DNA of 64,000 bases, taken from an uncultured Acidimicrobiia bacterium (lineage in GTDB: Bacteria > Acidobacteriota > Terriglobia > Versatilivoradales > Versatilivoraceae). Positions within the stretch are counted from its first letter, which is position 1, and every line of letters starts with the position of its first letter. The notes below the pieces were generated by a model that was not told where the DNA came from, ran no database searches, and saw only the letters and a list, made by a program, of their open reading frames with translations. The stretch lies in the NCBI GenBank assembly GCA_963786955.1, contig CAWBAT010000005.1, forward strand, positions 544,001-608,000, written 5' to 3'. This document shows positions 50,960-59,524 of the stretch, one piece after another. The position numbers and the translations under genes are program-made.

Positions 50960-51489
50960 TCGAACTGTCTCACTCCAAGCCTTTCATTTCCTATATACGC
51001 AAAATATAGCTCTTGCGAATGCAATTTTTTTTGGAGGACCAGTAAACGCAATCTTCCGAAAGACAGAACCAGGCGGCGTTGGCTTCTGATAGGGTTGACC
51101 TGCAAAGCCGTCCGCATTCCCCGACAGCGGTCGCTCTCCTGAGGGGCTAACTACAGATTGGATCATCTGTTCAAAACTAGTACAAACCGAGGATGGAAAC
51201 ACCGGGAACGAAAAGGAAGTAAAAGACAGAGATTTTTGTGGCTGCCGGCGAAGTTTGATTATCAACTGGAAGAGAATTCTATTGTGCGACGACATCGGAA
51301 GGGTGGTCTTAAGCGATCCGAAAGAACCTGGAGTGGCGCAAGAATAGAGGGGGCGGGCCAGGGTTTAGTTTTTTTCTTGGCGCACTTGGCGTTTCGGTTT
51401 TCCGACGGCAGGTTCGCGATCAAGGTCTAGAGTTAACGGTTATGGGTCGATCCCAACCCAAGAAAAAATCAAGCCCCCCCTTGTCCTCT

Positions 51490-53163
51490 CTATCCTTTCC
51501 TCTCCATCACTAGTACCCAATCTTGGAAGATCGGCGGAACGGGAATCTGCCAATCCCCTGAAGCATCCGCCGTGGCTTCGCCGAGTTCATATTCCTTTCC
51601 ATTGGGAGGGCTGAAAAAGAAGGCGTGATAGCGTATACCCGGTTCCAGTTGTTTCATCTTAGGAGCATTCCATACGGGTGGGAGAAAAGCGATTCGCAGC
51701 TCTCCCGGAATTCCAGCGAGATAGGGCTGAATATAATTTTCCGAAGTCCAATGGGGATCGATCCATTCCGGATGTGGCTCTAGTCGCCACCACGGGTAGC
51801 GCAGCAAAAGAGTTTTAGCCAATCCGAGTTGCCGTGACCCCGGCAACTGAGCGGCTTCATCCCAGGGTGTATCTCCCCACGAGCGCCCGTGTGGAGACGG
51901 CCCAAACGGCTGCTTCGTTGTATTGACTTGCCAGATCCCGTTCGCACCGTAAGTATGTCCACCAGCCCCGTTGAGAATACAGGCCCAGAACATAAACCGT
52001 TGAATTTCTTGCCGGCTGGCTTCCATGATCCCTTCATAGCAGACCTCGCCATCCACTACGGGCATCTTGGGAATGTGCTGCAGGGAAGTGGTGACTAGTC
52101 TGACGGTTTTGGGAATGCTGTTGCGATCGCTGTGACCCGTTTGGAGCATGTCAAAGTCAATCACAGTGGGATCATCAACCGAATCGTGAGCGGTTTCCGA
52201 AGGATGGATTGTCAACGGGTGATGAGAGGGATCGATCTGACGCACATACCTGGCCACTTCGGTCCAACCTTTCTTCTGGGCGACTTTGTCTTCTTCCGGA
52301 TTCTTAGAAAGATAATAGGGCATCGTTCCTTCACCGGCCAGGCACCAGAGCACGGGATAAGCTCCCCAGCGCGCCACCAGGTATCGCCAGTGTTGCTTCA
52401 TTTTCGTGAGGCCCATGATCGGGAGAAAATAGCCCCAACAGCCTACAATACAGGGAACTAATCCAATCTCGGCCAGATACTGGATGCGCAGGTCGGCTTG
52501 ATCAAAGTAGGCCGGATTGATTCTGCTGTAGCCCTTTTCCCACGGATATCCCGCTTCGTTGGCACCGCGGGGGTCGAATTCCGGCATATCGGGATAAAGG
52601 CCGGCGACAATCTGGACGACAGTAAACCCTTTCTTGATCCGGTCTGCAGCAAGCAGCTGAATGTCTTCCGGCCATCGCATCCGTTGGCATAATCCCATCC
52701 ACCAGGTGTCTCCCAACCAGAAAAATGAAGTTCCGTCGCGATGCTCAAAATGGCGGAGATCGGTGGATACCTTGAGAGGCCCGTGTTTGTAAAGCGGGCT
52801 TTCACCTGTGTAGCTTAATACTTCAATGAATCCGGTCCGCCCATGCAAATCTGGATTGCCGGTGTCACTGCAAATGGTTCGAAAAGAATAGCGCCCCGGG
52901 GTGGGTGGAGAGAACCGGACAGTCCATAACTGTTCCCCTGCCCAAAAAGCCGGGACACGATACTCCTGCTTTTCTGGGCTAATGAACAGGACATCTAACT
53001 CGACTTCGTTAAACGGGTCCTTGTATGTCTTCTGAGAATTGAAAGAGGACTGGGCAACCCGGTTTTGAACGGCGTATCTAGTTTGAGCCAATCCCAGACG
53101 ATTCGCGAGCAAACCGGCTCCCGCGGCTGTGACCAGAAACGAGCGACGTGATAGAGATCTCAT
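51490..53163 (-). CDS. DUF5060/DUF4038 (apiosidase/GH140-like) Tat-exported glycoside hydrolase-like protein
   Basis: SRRSFL; DGTSFFWLGDTWW; VARWGAYP..W..AGE; DFDMLQTGH; GHTYGANG. Confidence 0.8.
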   Translation of the reverse strand: MRSLSRRSFLVTAAGAGLLANRLGLAQTRYAVQNRVAQSSFNSQKTYKDPFNEVELDVLFISPEKQEYRVPAFWAGEQLWTVRFSPPTPGRYSFRTICSDTGNPDLHGRTGFIEVLSYTGESPLYKHGPLKVSTDLRHFEHRDGTSFFWLGDTWWMGLCQRMRWPEDIQLLAADRIKKGFTVVQIVAGLYPDMPEFDPRGANEAGYPWEKGYSRINPAYFDQADLRIQYLAEIGLVPCIVGCWGYFLPIMGLTKMKQHWRYLVARWGAYPVLWCLAGEGTMPYYLSKNPEEDKVAQKKGWTEVARYVRQIDPSHHPLTIHPSETAHDSVDDPTVIDFDMLQTGHSDRNSIPKTVRLVTTSLQHIPKMPVVDGEVCYEGIMEASRQEIQRFMFWACILNGAGGHTYGANGIWQVNTTKQPFGPSPHGRSWGDTPWDEAAQLPGSRQLGLAKTLLLRYPWWRLEPHPEWIDPHWTSENYIQPYLAGIPGELRIAFLPPVWNAPKMKQLEPGIRYHAFFFSPPNGKEYELGEATADASGDWQIPVPPIFQDWVLVMERKG

Positions 53164-53270
53164 CTGTTCTCCTTAATCAAGTGAATGGACGTGCCTTAAT
53201 TTCCCTCTAACTGGGGGAAGGTTCGTTTGCAGTGCCAAGCGTGAAAGACCGCAGTGGTAAAGGGACTTCG

Positions 53271-53498
53271 ACCCACCCCTGAGGGCTAAAGACGCGTGAA
53301 GGCTTCTCAAGCCTTCACTCCCCTCCGACGGAGGGAAAGTGTGAAAAAATCGGTTGTAGCGGCGGGCTGTGACCGCCGGATTCTTTTCATTTCAACGGCT
53401 TGGTCGGCGCTCATAGAGCGCCGCTACAATTTCTTCACACCAGGAGTGCAGGGGTGGACTTATCAATGAAAAGCGGGCAGGAGGCCGACGCTTCCAAC
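53271..53498. repeat. Nested composite of palindromic REP/MITE-like elements
   Basis: Shares outer shells with 22091-22387; inner pair TGTAGCGGCG...CGCCGCTACA. Confidence 0.75.
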
Positions 53499-53686
53499 CG
53501 CTCACTCCCAATAATAGATCAGAACGGGTAGGTCTTCTGCCTATTTTGTGTCAAGCAATTTGTTCCGGTTGGAGCGGGCGCTCCACCCGAAGAAAAAAAA
53601 GCCCGAGTGGCAAGGGCATGCGGGTCCGCCGTCCCCCGCTCGCACATTCCACAATAACTAATTAAGGATGACGGGACCAACCCTCT

Positions 53687-54625
53687 TCATTTAGGACTCT
53701 TAGTCTTTCCGATGCGATGAAGCAGACTTTGCAACTCTTTATTGTTTTGAACCAACTTGTACACCTCGGTGAAATCGGCCTGCGCATCAAAACGTTCCAG
53801 AGCCATCTCCCAGTATTGCCGAGTGCGCAGAGCAAGGGGTAAATCCATTCTGAGGCGGTGTTCCAGGTTCGTAATCAGTTTGAGGTCTTTATAAGCGACT
53901 CGAATGCTTGCCCCGGATTGAAAGGAATTGGAAAGGATAAAACGTGGAAAACGGAGTTCGGTTTCATAGCTCCGTGCATTGCTGTTTTGAAAGACATCAA
54001 TTAATAGAGCGGGATCGAAACCGAGCGCTTTTCCAGCCCAGAGCGCTTCACAAGTGGCCAGGAAAAGAGTAAACGAAAGTTGATTTTGCAGCAGTTTGAC
54101 CTTCTGGCCCATACCTGCACCGCCCGCATAGACAACTTTTCTTGAGATGGCCGAAAATAGGGGCTGGCAATCCTTACAGAGCCGTTTGTCTCCGCCTACC
54201 ATGAGGAGCAAAGTGCCCGCCCTGGCGCCGACCGCCCCTCCCGTCATGGGCGCCTCAAGCATACGAAACCCCTTCTTGGCTAGCCGTTTTTGATTTCTGA
54301 TGGCCAATGCAGGGTCCCCGGTCGTCATATCAATGACAAGGTCCCCTCGACGCAACCCGGCCAAAACCGCCTGTTTGGAATAGAGCACCTCATCGAGAGC
54401 TGCATTGTCGGTCACAGTTAGCAAGACCACCCGACTAGCCTGGCCCAGTTCCTTGAGAGAAGTGGTGAGCCGCACTCCTTTTCGGCCAGATCCCCATTGG
54501 CGGACCTTATCGCTTCGTTCATGAACCGTTAAAGAGAAGCCATGTTTAAGAAGATTTTCGGCGACGCCGAGCCCCATGTTTCCCAGCCCCACTAGTCCTA
54601 TAGGAGTTGCAGTTGAAATTTTCAT
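53687..54625 (-). CDS. 3-hydroxyisobutyrate dehydrogenase-family oxidoreductase
   Basis: GLVGLGNMG, EAPMTGG, GTLLLMVGG, G.GQKVKL.QN. Confidence 0.88.
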   Translation of the reverse strand: MKISTATPIGLVGLGNMGLGVAENLLKHGFSLTVHERSDKVRQWGSGRKGVRLTTSLKELGQASRVVLLTVTDNAALDEVLYSKQAVLAGLRRGDLVIDMTTGDPALAIRNQKRLAKKGFRMLEAPMTGGAVGARAGTLLLMVGGDKRLCKDCQPLFSAISRKVVYAGGAGMGQKVKLLQNQLSFTLFLATCEALWAGKALGFDPALLIDVFQNSNARSYETELRFPRFILSNSFQSGASIRVAYKDLKLITNLEHRLRMDLPLALRTRQYWEMALERFDAQADFTEVYKLVQNNKELQSLLHRIGKTKSPK

Positions 54626-54829
54626 GTTTGATCTCCGATCGTTTTGAATGAAAAAGATACCTTATATCAAAGAATTGACAACGAATATCACCTTGATCAT
54701 GCCTCCAATTCGTTATATTCTCTATAGTTGGTTTCCCATGAATTCCTAAACTAAATTTGTCTGAGATTTCTGTGCAGGTGAAGGCAGGGGATTGTCAAAT
54801 ATCCCGTGGGGAGAGGAACGGTTGATCTT

Positions 54830-56239
54830 ATGACTTCGCGACGGGGCCTTTATATGCTTGCTCAACTCTTTTTTTGTGGAGTCCTTTTCATGCTTCCTTC
54901 AGCTATGGCTGCTGCCGAAGATGCCGGGAAGAAGGATACCAGCGAGCCTGTCAGTTATTTCAAACAGATTCGACCCATCTTGCAGCGGCAATGCCAGGGA
55001 TGCCACCAGCCAGCCACTAAACAGGCTGATTTGATGTTGACGAGCTATGAGTCCTTCAAAGCGGGAGGGCGCAGCGGGCCCGCTTTTGTGCCGGGAGATC
55101 CTGGTAAGAGTCTGATCATGGCTTACCTGAATGGGGAACGGGAGCCCCGCATGCCCCTGGGAGGGGAACCCCTTACGGCTGAACAAATTGGCTTCTTTCA
55201 ACGCTGGATTGCTGCAGGAGCAGCGGATGACACTCCTGATGTGGGACGGGATACCGTTGCGGCAGGAAAACCTCCGGTTTATACCATCGCCCCGGCGATC
55301 GTTGCTGTCGCCTATTCTCCTGATGGCAACTTGATAGCGGTTTCCGGATATCGGGAAGTTCTCCTCCACAAATACGACGGCAGCGAACTGGTTGCGCGAC
55401 TGGTGGGCGTATCCGATCGCATCCAGTCCATAGTTTTCTCACCCGACGGGAAATTGATGGCGGCGGTTGGTGGAACTCCCGCTCGCTTTGGTGAAGTTCA
55501 AATCTGGGATCTCGAAACCCGCCAGCTAAAACGATCTATCACTGTTTCTTCAGACACCTTATTTGGCGCTTCCTTCTCTCCGGATGGATCTAAGCTGGCC
55601 TTCGGCTGTGCCGACAACACGATTCGCATTATCGATGTCCAATCGGGCAAAGAACTGCAGAAGATGACACATCACGATAATTGGGTGTTCGGAACCGCAT
55701 TTTCAGTCGACGGGAAAAGATTGGTGTCAGTGGGCCGGGACCGTGCAGTGAAACTCATGGATGTGAATACGGGCGCGTTCATTGAGAATCTAAATCAACT
55801 GCGTGGCGAACTCGATTGTGTCGCTCGCCATCCTAAGAAAGATATCGTGCTGGTGGGTGGGGCAGACCGTCTTCCGTTACTTTATATGATGACCCGACCT
55901 CGCGCCATGCGGGTAGGCGAAGAATCCACTCTGATCCGACAATTTGAGAAACAGCCGGGAAAAATTGTGACTGCGGCATTCAAGCCGGATGGTCAGAAGA
56001 TCGCCGTAGGAGGAGCTGCAAGCGATATTGCGATCTATAGCACGGAAGACGGGCAGAAAACGGCAAGCTTAACGGGATTTGAAGGGGAAATATACACGTT
56101 GTCCTTTAATCCAAAAGGGGATCGCCTCGCAGCCGCCGGTTTTGATGGCAAAATTCGGATCTATGACCCCGAAACTGGAAAATTGATCACGACATTTATT
56201 CCTGTCCCCTTGGAAAAACCCGCGATTTCCATGAAATAG
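54830..56239 (+). CDS. Planctomycete-type cytochrome c plus WD40 beta-propeller protein
   Basis: Signal peptide; IRPILQRQCQGCH, PGDPGKS, MP..WIAAGA; repeated FSPDG WD40 units; start uncertain. Confidence 0.85.
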   Translation: MTSRRGLYMLAQLFFCGVLFMLPSAMAAAEDAGKKDTSEPVSYFKQIRPILQRQCQGCHQPATKQADLMLTSYESFKAGGRSGPAFVPGDPGKSLIMAYLNGEREPRMPLGGEPLTAEQIGFFQRWIAAGAADDTPDVGRDTVAAGKPPVYTIAPAIVAVAYSPDGNLIAVSGYREVLLHKYDGSELVARLVGVSDRIQSIVFSPDGKLMAAVGGTPARFGEVQIWDLETRQLKRSITVSSDTLFGASFSPDGSKLAFGCADNTIRIIDVQSGKELQKMTHHDNWVFGTAFSVDGKRLVSVGRDRAVKLMDVNTGAFIENLNQLRGELDCVARHPKKDIVLVGGADRLPLLYMMTRPRAMRVGEESTLIRQFEKQPGKIVTAAFKPDGQKIAVGGAASDIAIYSTEDGQKTASLTGFEGEIYTLSFNPKGDRLAAAGFDGKIRIYDPETGKLITTFIPVPLEKPAISMK

Positions 56240-56242
56240 ATA

Positions 56243-56431
56243 TTGAAGAAGATAATGGACCACGGGGGACACGGGGGTGGCGACGATCTAATCGATTGTG
56301 ACGATAATTTGATCGACAAAGTCTTGACGGCGGTGACAATGGTCCACCGAAGTCTAGGCCCTGGGCTATTTGAGTCGGTATATGAATCCGCCACGATGAT
56401 CGAGCTATACGAAAAGAATATGGCAACTTAA
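56243..56431 (+). pseudogene. Truncated tandem copy of the GxxExxY gene
   Basis: VHRSLGPGLFESVYESATMIEL followed by an early stop; paralogous to the N-terminus of 56470-56889. Confidence 0.8.
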
Positions 56432-56908
56432 GAGGTAAGTCGCGATTCCCGCACGGTCACCTGGAAAAAATGAAAATAATAGCCGCCGGGGAGCACGGGG
56501 GTGGCGGCGATCTTATCGATTGTAATCATGCCTTGATTGATAGTGTGTTAACAGCCTTGACTGAAGTTCATCGAACACTAGGTCCTGGGCTTTTCGAATC
56601 AGTTTATGAATCTGCAACAATGATTGAATTGGAAAAGATGAACATCCCAGCCAAAAGGCAAGTAGAGATTCCGGTTCATTATCGTGGAAAGGATTTAGGC
56701 ATTGGCTTCCGCGCGGATATTGTAGTTTCGGGTTGTCTTCTATTGGAACTGAAAACGATCGAAGAGTTTGCCCCTATTCATATCGCGCAGGTAATTACTT
56801 ACCTGAGGCTTCTGCGATTCAAGCGAGGATATTTGATCAATTTTAACAAGAAACTTTTAAAGGATGGGATCAAACGTGTTTCGATTTAGTCCCCGTGTCC
56901 CCCGTGGT
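56259..56908. mobile_element. GxxExxY element bounded by perfect 18-bp inverted repeats
   Basis: ACCACGGGGGACACGGGG (56259-56276) and CCCCGTGTCCCCCGTGGT (56891-56908). The repeats are seen directly; mobility is inferred. Confidence 0.6.
56470..56889 (+). CDS. GxxExxY protein (PD-(D/E)XK nuclease-like)
   Basis: LGPGLFESVY, RADIVV, LELK, Q..TYL, LINF. Confidence 0.9.
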   Translation: MKIIAAGEHGGGGDLIDCNHALIDSVLTALTEVHRTLGPGLFESVYESATMIELEKMNIPAKRQVEIPVHYRGKDLGIGFRADIVVSGCLLLELKTIEEFAPIHIAQVITYLRLLRFKRGYLINFNKKLLKDGIKRVSI

Positions 56909-59389
56909 TTTCGATCTTTCGTATTTTTTCAAATCTTCATCGTGATTAACGGCGCTGCTAACTTATTCGCGGCGGGGCCGGTCTTAAAATCCATGGAACC
57001 GCGCGGTGGGCAGCAAGGCAGAGCCTTCACGCTCACACTCGTAGGGGAACAATTAACGAGTGGCGCTGAACTCATTACCACTTTACCGGGTTCTCTATCG
57101 CGCTTGTCCTCCCCGCCCGATACTCCTGAATCTGATTCCCAGCTTTATTTCCTGGTGCAGTTGACGGCAGACGCAAAGGTAGGACTCTACCCCATCCGCA
57201 TCCGGACGGACCGGGGCCTCTCCAATATTCTGCTCTTCAGCATTGGTACTTTACCCGAGACAGCCGAAGAGGAATCCCTTCTGAAGCAGCCCACCGACAA
57301 GACCAACAATGATTCCGTGGCGCGCGCCCAAAGGTTAACTCTGCCAATTACAGTCAATGGCACTCTCGAAGGCCCGGACCAGGATTATTACCGTTTTAAC
57401 GTGAAGGCCGGTGAGAAGTGGGTTTGTGAAGTTGAAGCGAGGCGAGGCGGTTCGGCGATTGACCCGGCGTTCGAGATTCTGGACGCTACGGGCGCGACAA
57501 TTGGGAGAGTAAACGACAGCCCCGGGATCGGCGTCGATGCGCGGCAAGAATTCACATTCCAGAAATCCGGCGAGTATTTCATCGTCGTCCATGACGTGAA
57601 GTATAGCGACCAGGAACAAAACTTCTATCGTCTGAAAATCGGTTCGTATCCTTTTGCAGAGGGAATGTTTCCGTTGGGCTGGCAACGAGGGGGTTCTGTC
57701 GACGTGACGATGTTTGGAGGGAATCTAGCCAAGCCTGTCACAGTGAAGCCGGACCTCAAACAGGATCCCACGAAAGTATTCATGCCGGTCGGGCTTCCGG
57801 GGAGCGACAGCCTTCCTTTCCTCTTCCGCATCGGTGGCTTGCCGGAAACTTTGGAGCCTGTAAACGCCTCCGCCGGCCAAGGAAAGACTCCCTCGTCAGA
57901 GAAGGAAAAGACGGCAACTTTAGAAAGCTTGCCGACTCTTCCTTTGGCAACTGTGGTCAATGGCCGAATTAGCCAACCCGGAGAAATAGACCGTTATCGT
58001 CTCAAAGTTTCCCCCGGCCAGCACTGGAATTTCGAGATGGAAGCAGCCTCACTCCAAACTTCGAAATTGCTGGGTGTCCTCTCTATTTATGATGCCGCAA
58101 CCAACAAACGTCTGGATATCGCGGAACTGGGCAAAGAGGATGGAAGAAACCCCTTCAATTTTGAAGGAAGCCGCAACGAGGTGGATCCGCGTCTTTCCTT
58201 TCAAGTGCCAGACAACGTGACGGAAATTATTGTTGCCGTGGAAGACTTGATTGGACGCAGCGGACCTGACTACGCCTACCGTCTGGTCGGTTATGAGCAG
58301 GCACCCGATTTTGCGATCGAGCTCAACACCCCGTACGTGAATATTCCCCAGAACGGTTCGGTGGCGGTGGACGTTATGGTCAATCGCCGAGGCTATGATG
58401 GGCCCATTCGCTTGAGTATTCCAGATCTTCCACCCGACATCATTTTCGAAGGTGGGAACATTCCCGCCGAAATGAATCCCCCTGAGGACCGGCGGTCCCA
58501 GATTCCCGGAGTCTTTACACTTTCTGCCCCGCCTGAGGCTAAAATTCGTTCCTTTCCAATGACCATCTATGCGGACGCTGTTTCTTCCCCAACGCCCATC
58601 CGCAAACTCGTCGCCGGACCAGGCATTTTGAATGTGGTCCAGGGAAATAAGCAAAAGCCTGTCAAAGCTCCCTGGCTGAGCACCCAAATGCCCGCCGCAA
58701 CGACAAAGCCTTTGCCTTTGGGCCTCGAGCTTTCTACTCATCATGTCCGCATCATCCAAGGAACAGAATTTCTCTTAAAATGGAAACTCGTTAGGCCAAC
58801 AGCTTCCACAGAGACCGTGCGTCCCGACCCTCGAGGGTTGGCATCCATCAAAGACTTCAGGTTTGCACGAAGAACAGACCGTCCCGACTTTGACCAAGAA
58901 GGAGGCTTCACTTTAGCCACCACCTTCGCAACGCCTCTCGTGACTTTCGACTTCATATTCGATGGATCCAAGATGGTCGGTGGGAAATTGGAGAAGGTGG
59001 TGACTTCCCCCGCAATCACGGTCGAGATAGTGCCGGGCTATGTATTGAAACTTGCCTCGCAGACGATTGAGATGAAGACCGGCGGAAAATTCGAATTGGC
59101 GGGCAAAGTAGAGCGAGAACCGGGGTTTACCGGAATCATCAAGGTCCGGGCAGATGATTTGCCTGATCATTTGACTTGTCAGGATGTCATTATGAAACCC
59201 GATCAGAACGATTTTTCTCTGGTCTTTCAGGCCAGTCCGGAAGTTGCCCCAGGAGACTTTCCCATTCGAATACTCTCCTCAGCAACCATTCCGGAACGGA
59301 GGGACCAACAGGAGTATAGCGTACCAGAGCAGAAGGCTCGGCTGGTTGTTTCGGCAAGTAAAGGGAGCATTCAACAAGCCGTGAAGTGA
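56876..59389 (+). CDS. PPC domain-containing secreted protein
   Basis: Signal-like N-terminus, PRGGQQG, NG.L....D.Y.F repeats; start uncertain (56864 or 56876). Confidence 0.8.
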   Translation: MFRFSPRVPRGFRSFVFFQIFIVINGAANLFAAGPVLKSMEPRGGQQGRAFTLTLVGEQLTSGAELITTLPGSLSRLSSPPDTPESDSQLYFLVQLTADAKVGLYPIRIRTDRGLSNILLFSIGTLPETAEEESLLKQPTDKTNNDSVARAQRLTLPITVNGTLEGPDQDYYRFNVKAGEKWVCEVEARRGGSAIDPAFEILDATGATIGRVNDSPGIGVDARQEFTFQKSGEYFIVVHDVKYSDQEQNFYRLKIGSYPFAEGMFPLGWQRGGSVDVTMFGGNLAKPVTVKPDLKQDPTKVFMPVGLPGSDSLPFLFRIGGLPETLEPVNASAGQGKTPSSEKEKTATLESLPTLPLATVVNGRISQPGEIDRYRLKVSPGQHWNFEMEAASLQTSKLLGVLSIYDAATNKRLDIAELGKEDGRNPFNFEGSRNEVDPRLSFQVPDNVTEIIVAVEDLIGRSGPDYAYRLVGYEQAPDFAIELNTPYVNIPQNGSVAVDVMVNRRGYDGPIRLSIPDLPPDIIFEGGNIPAEMNPPEDRRSQIPGVFTLSAPPEAKIRSFPMTIYADAVSSPTPIRKLVAGPGILNVVQGNKQKPVKAPWLSTQMPAATTKPLPLGLELSTHHVRIIQGTEFLLKWKLVRPTASTETVRPDPRGLASIKDFRFARRTDRPDFDQEGGFTLATTFATPLVTFDFIFDGSKMVGGKLEKVVTSPAITVEIVPGYVLKLASQTIEMKTGGKFELAGKVEREPGFTGIIKVRADDLPDHLTCQDVIMKPDQNDFSLVFQASPEVAPGDFPIRILSSATIPERRDQQEYSVPEQKARLVVSASKGSIQQAVK

Positions 59390-59524
59390 ACGGCCATTGC
59401 TGTAGCCAGGGATAATTGACTCCGGCCAGCCCGAGCGTTTAGGTAATTTTGAGGAATCTTAGCGGCAAGCACCGACTAAGAAATATGGCTTAGTTGTTTT
59501 AGATTTTCGAAATGGAATTTTGGA

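Noticed and set aside
50960-51489. Long intergenic region as ncRNA or small gene
   Set aside because: No recognisable RNA motif or convincing ORF.
56255-56911. TGG as target-site duplication of the GxxExxY element
   Set aside because: The right TGG is part of the inverted repeat, and removal at it (649 nt) does not restore the PPC frame.
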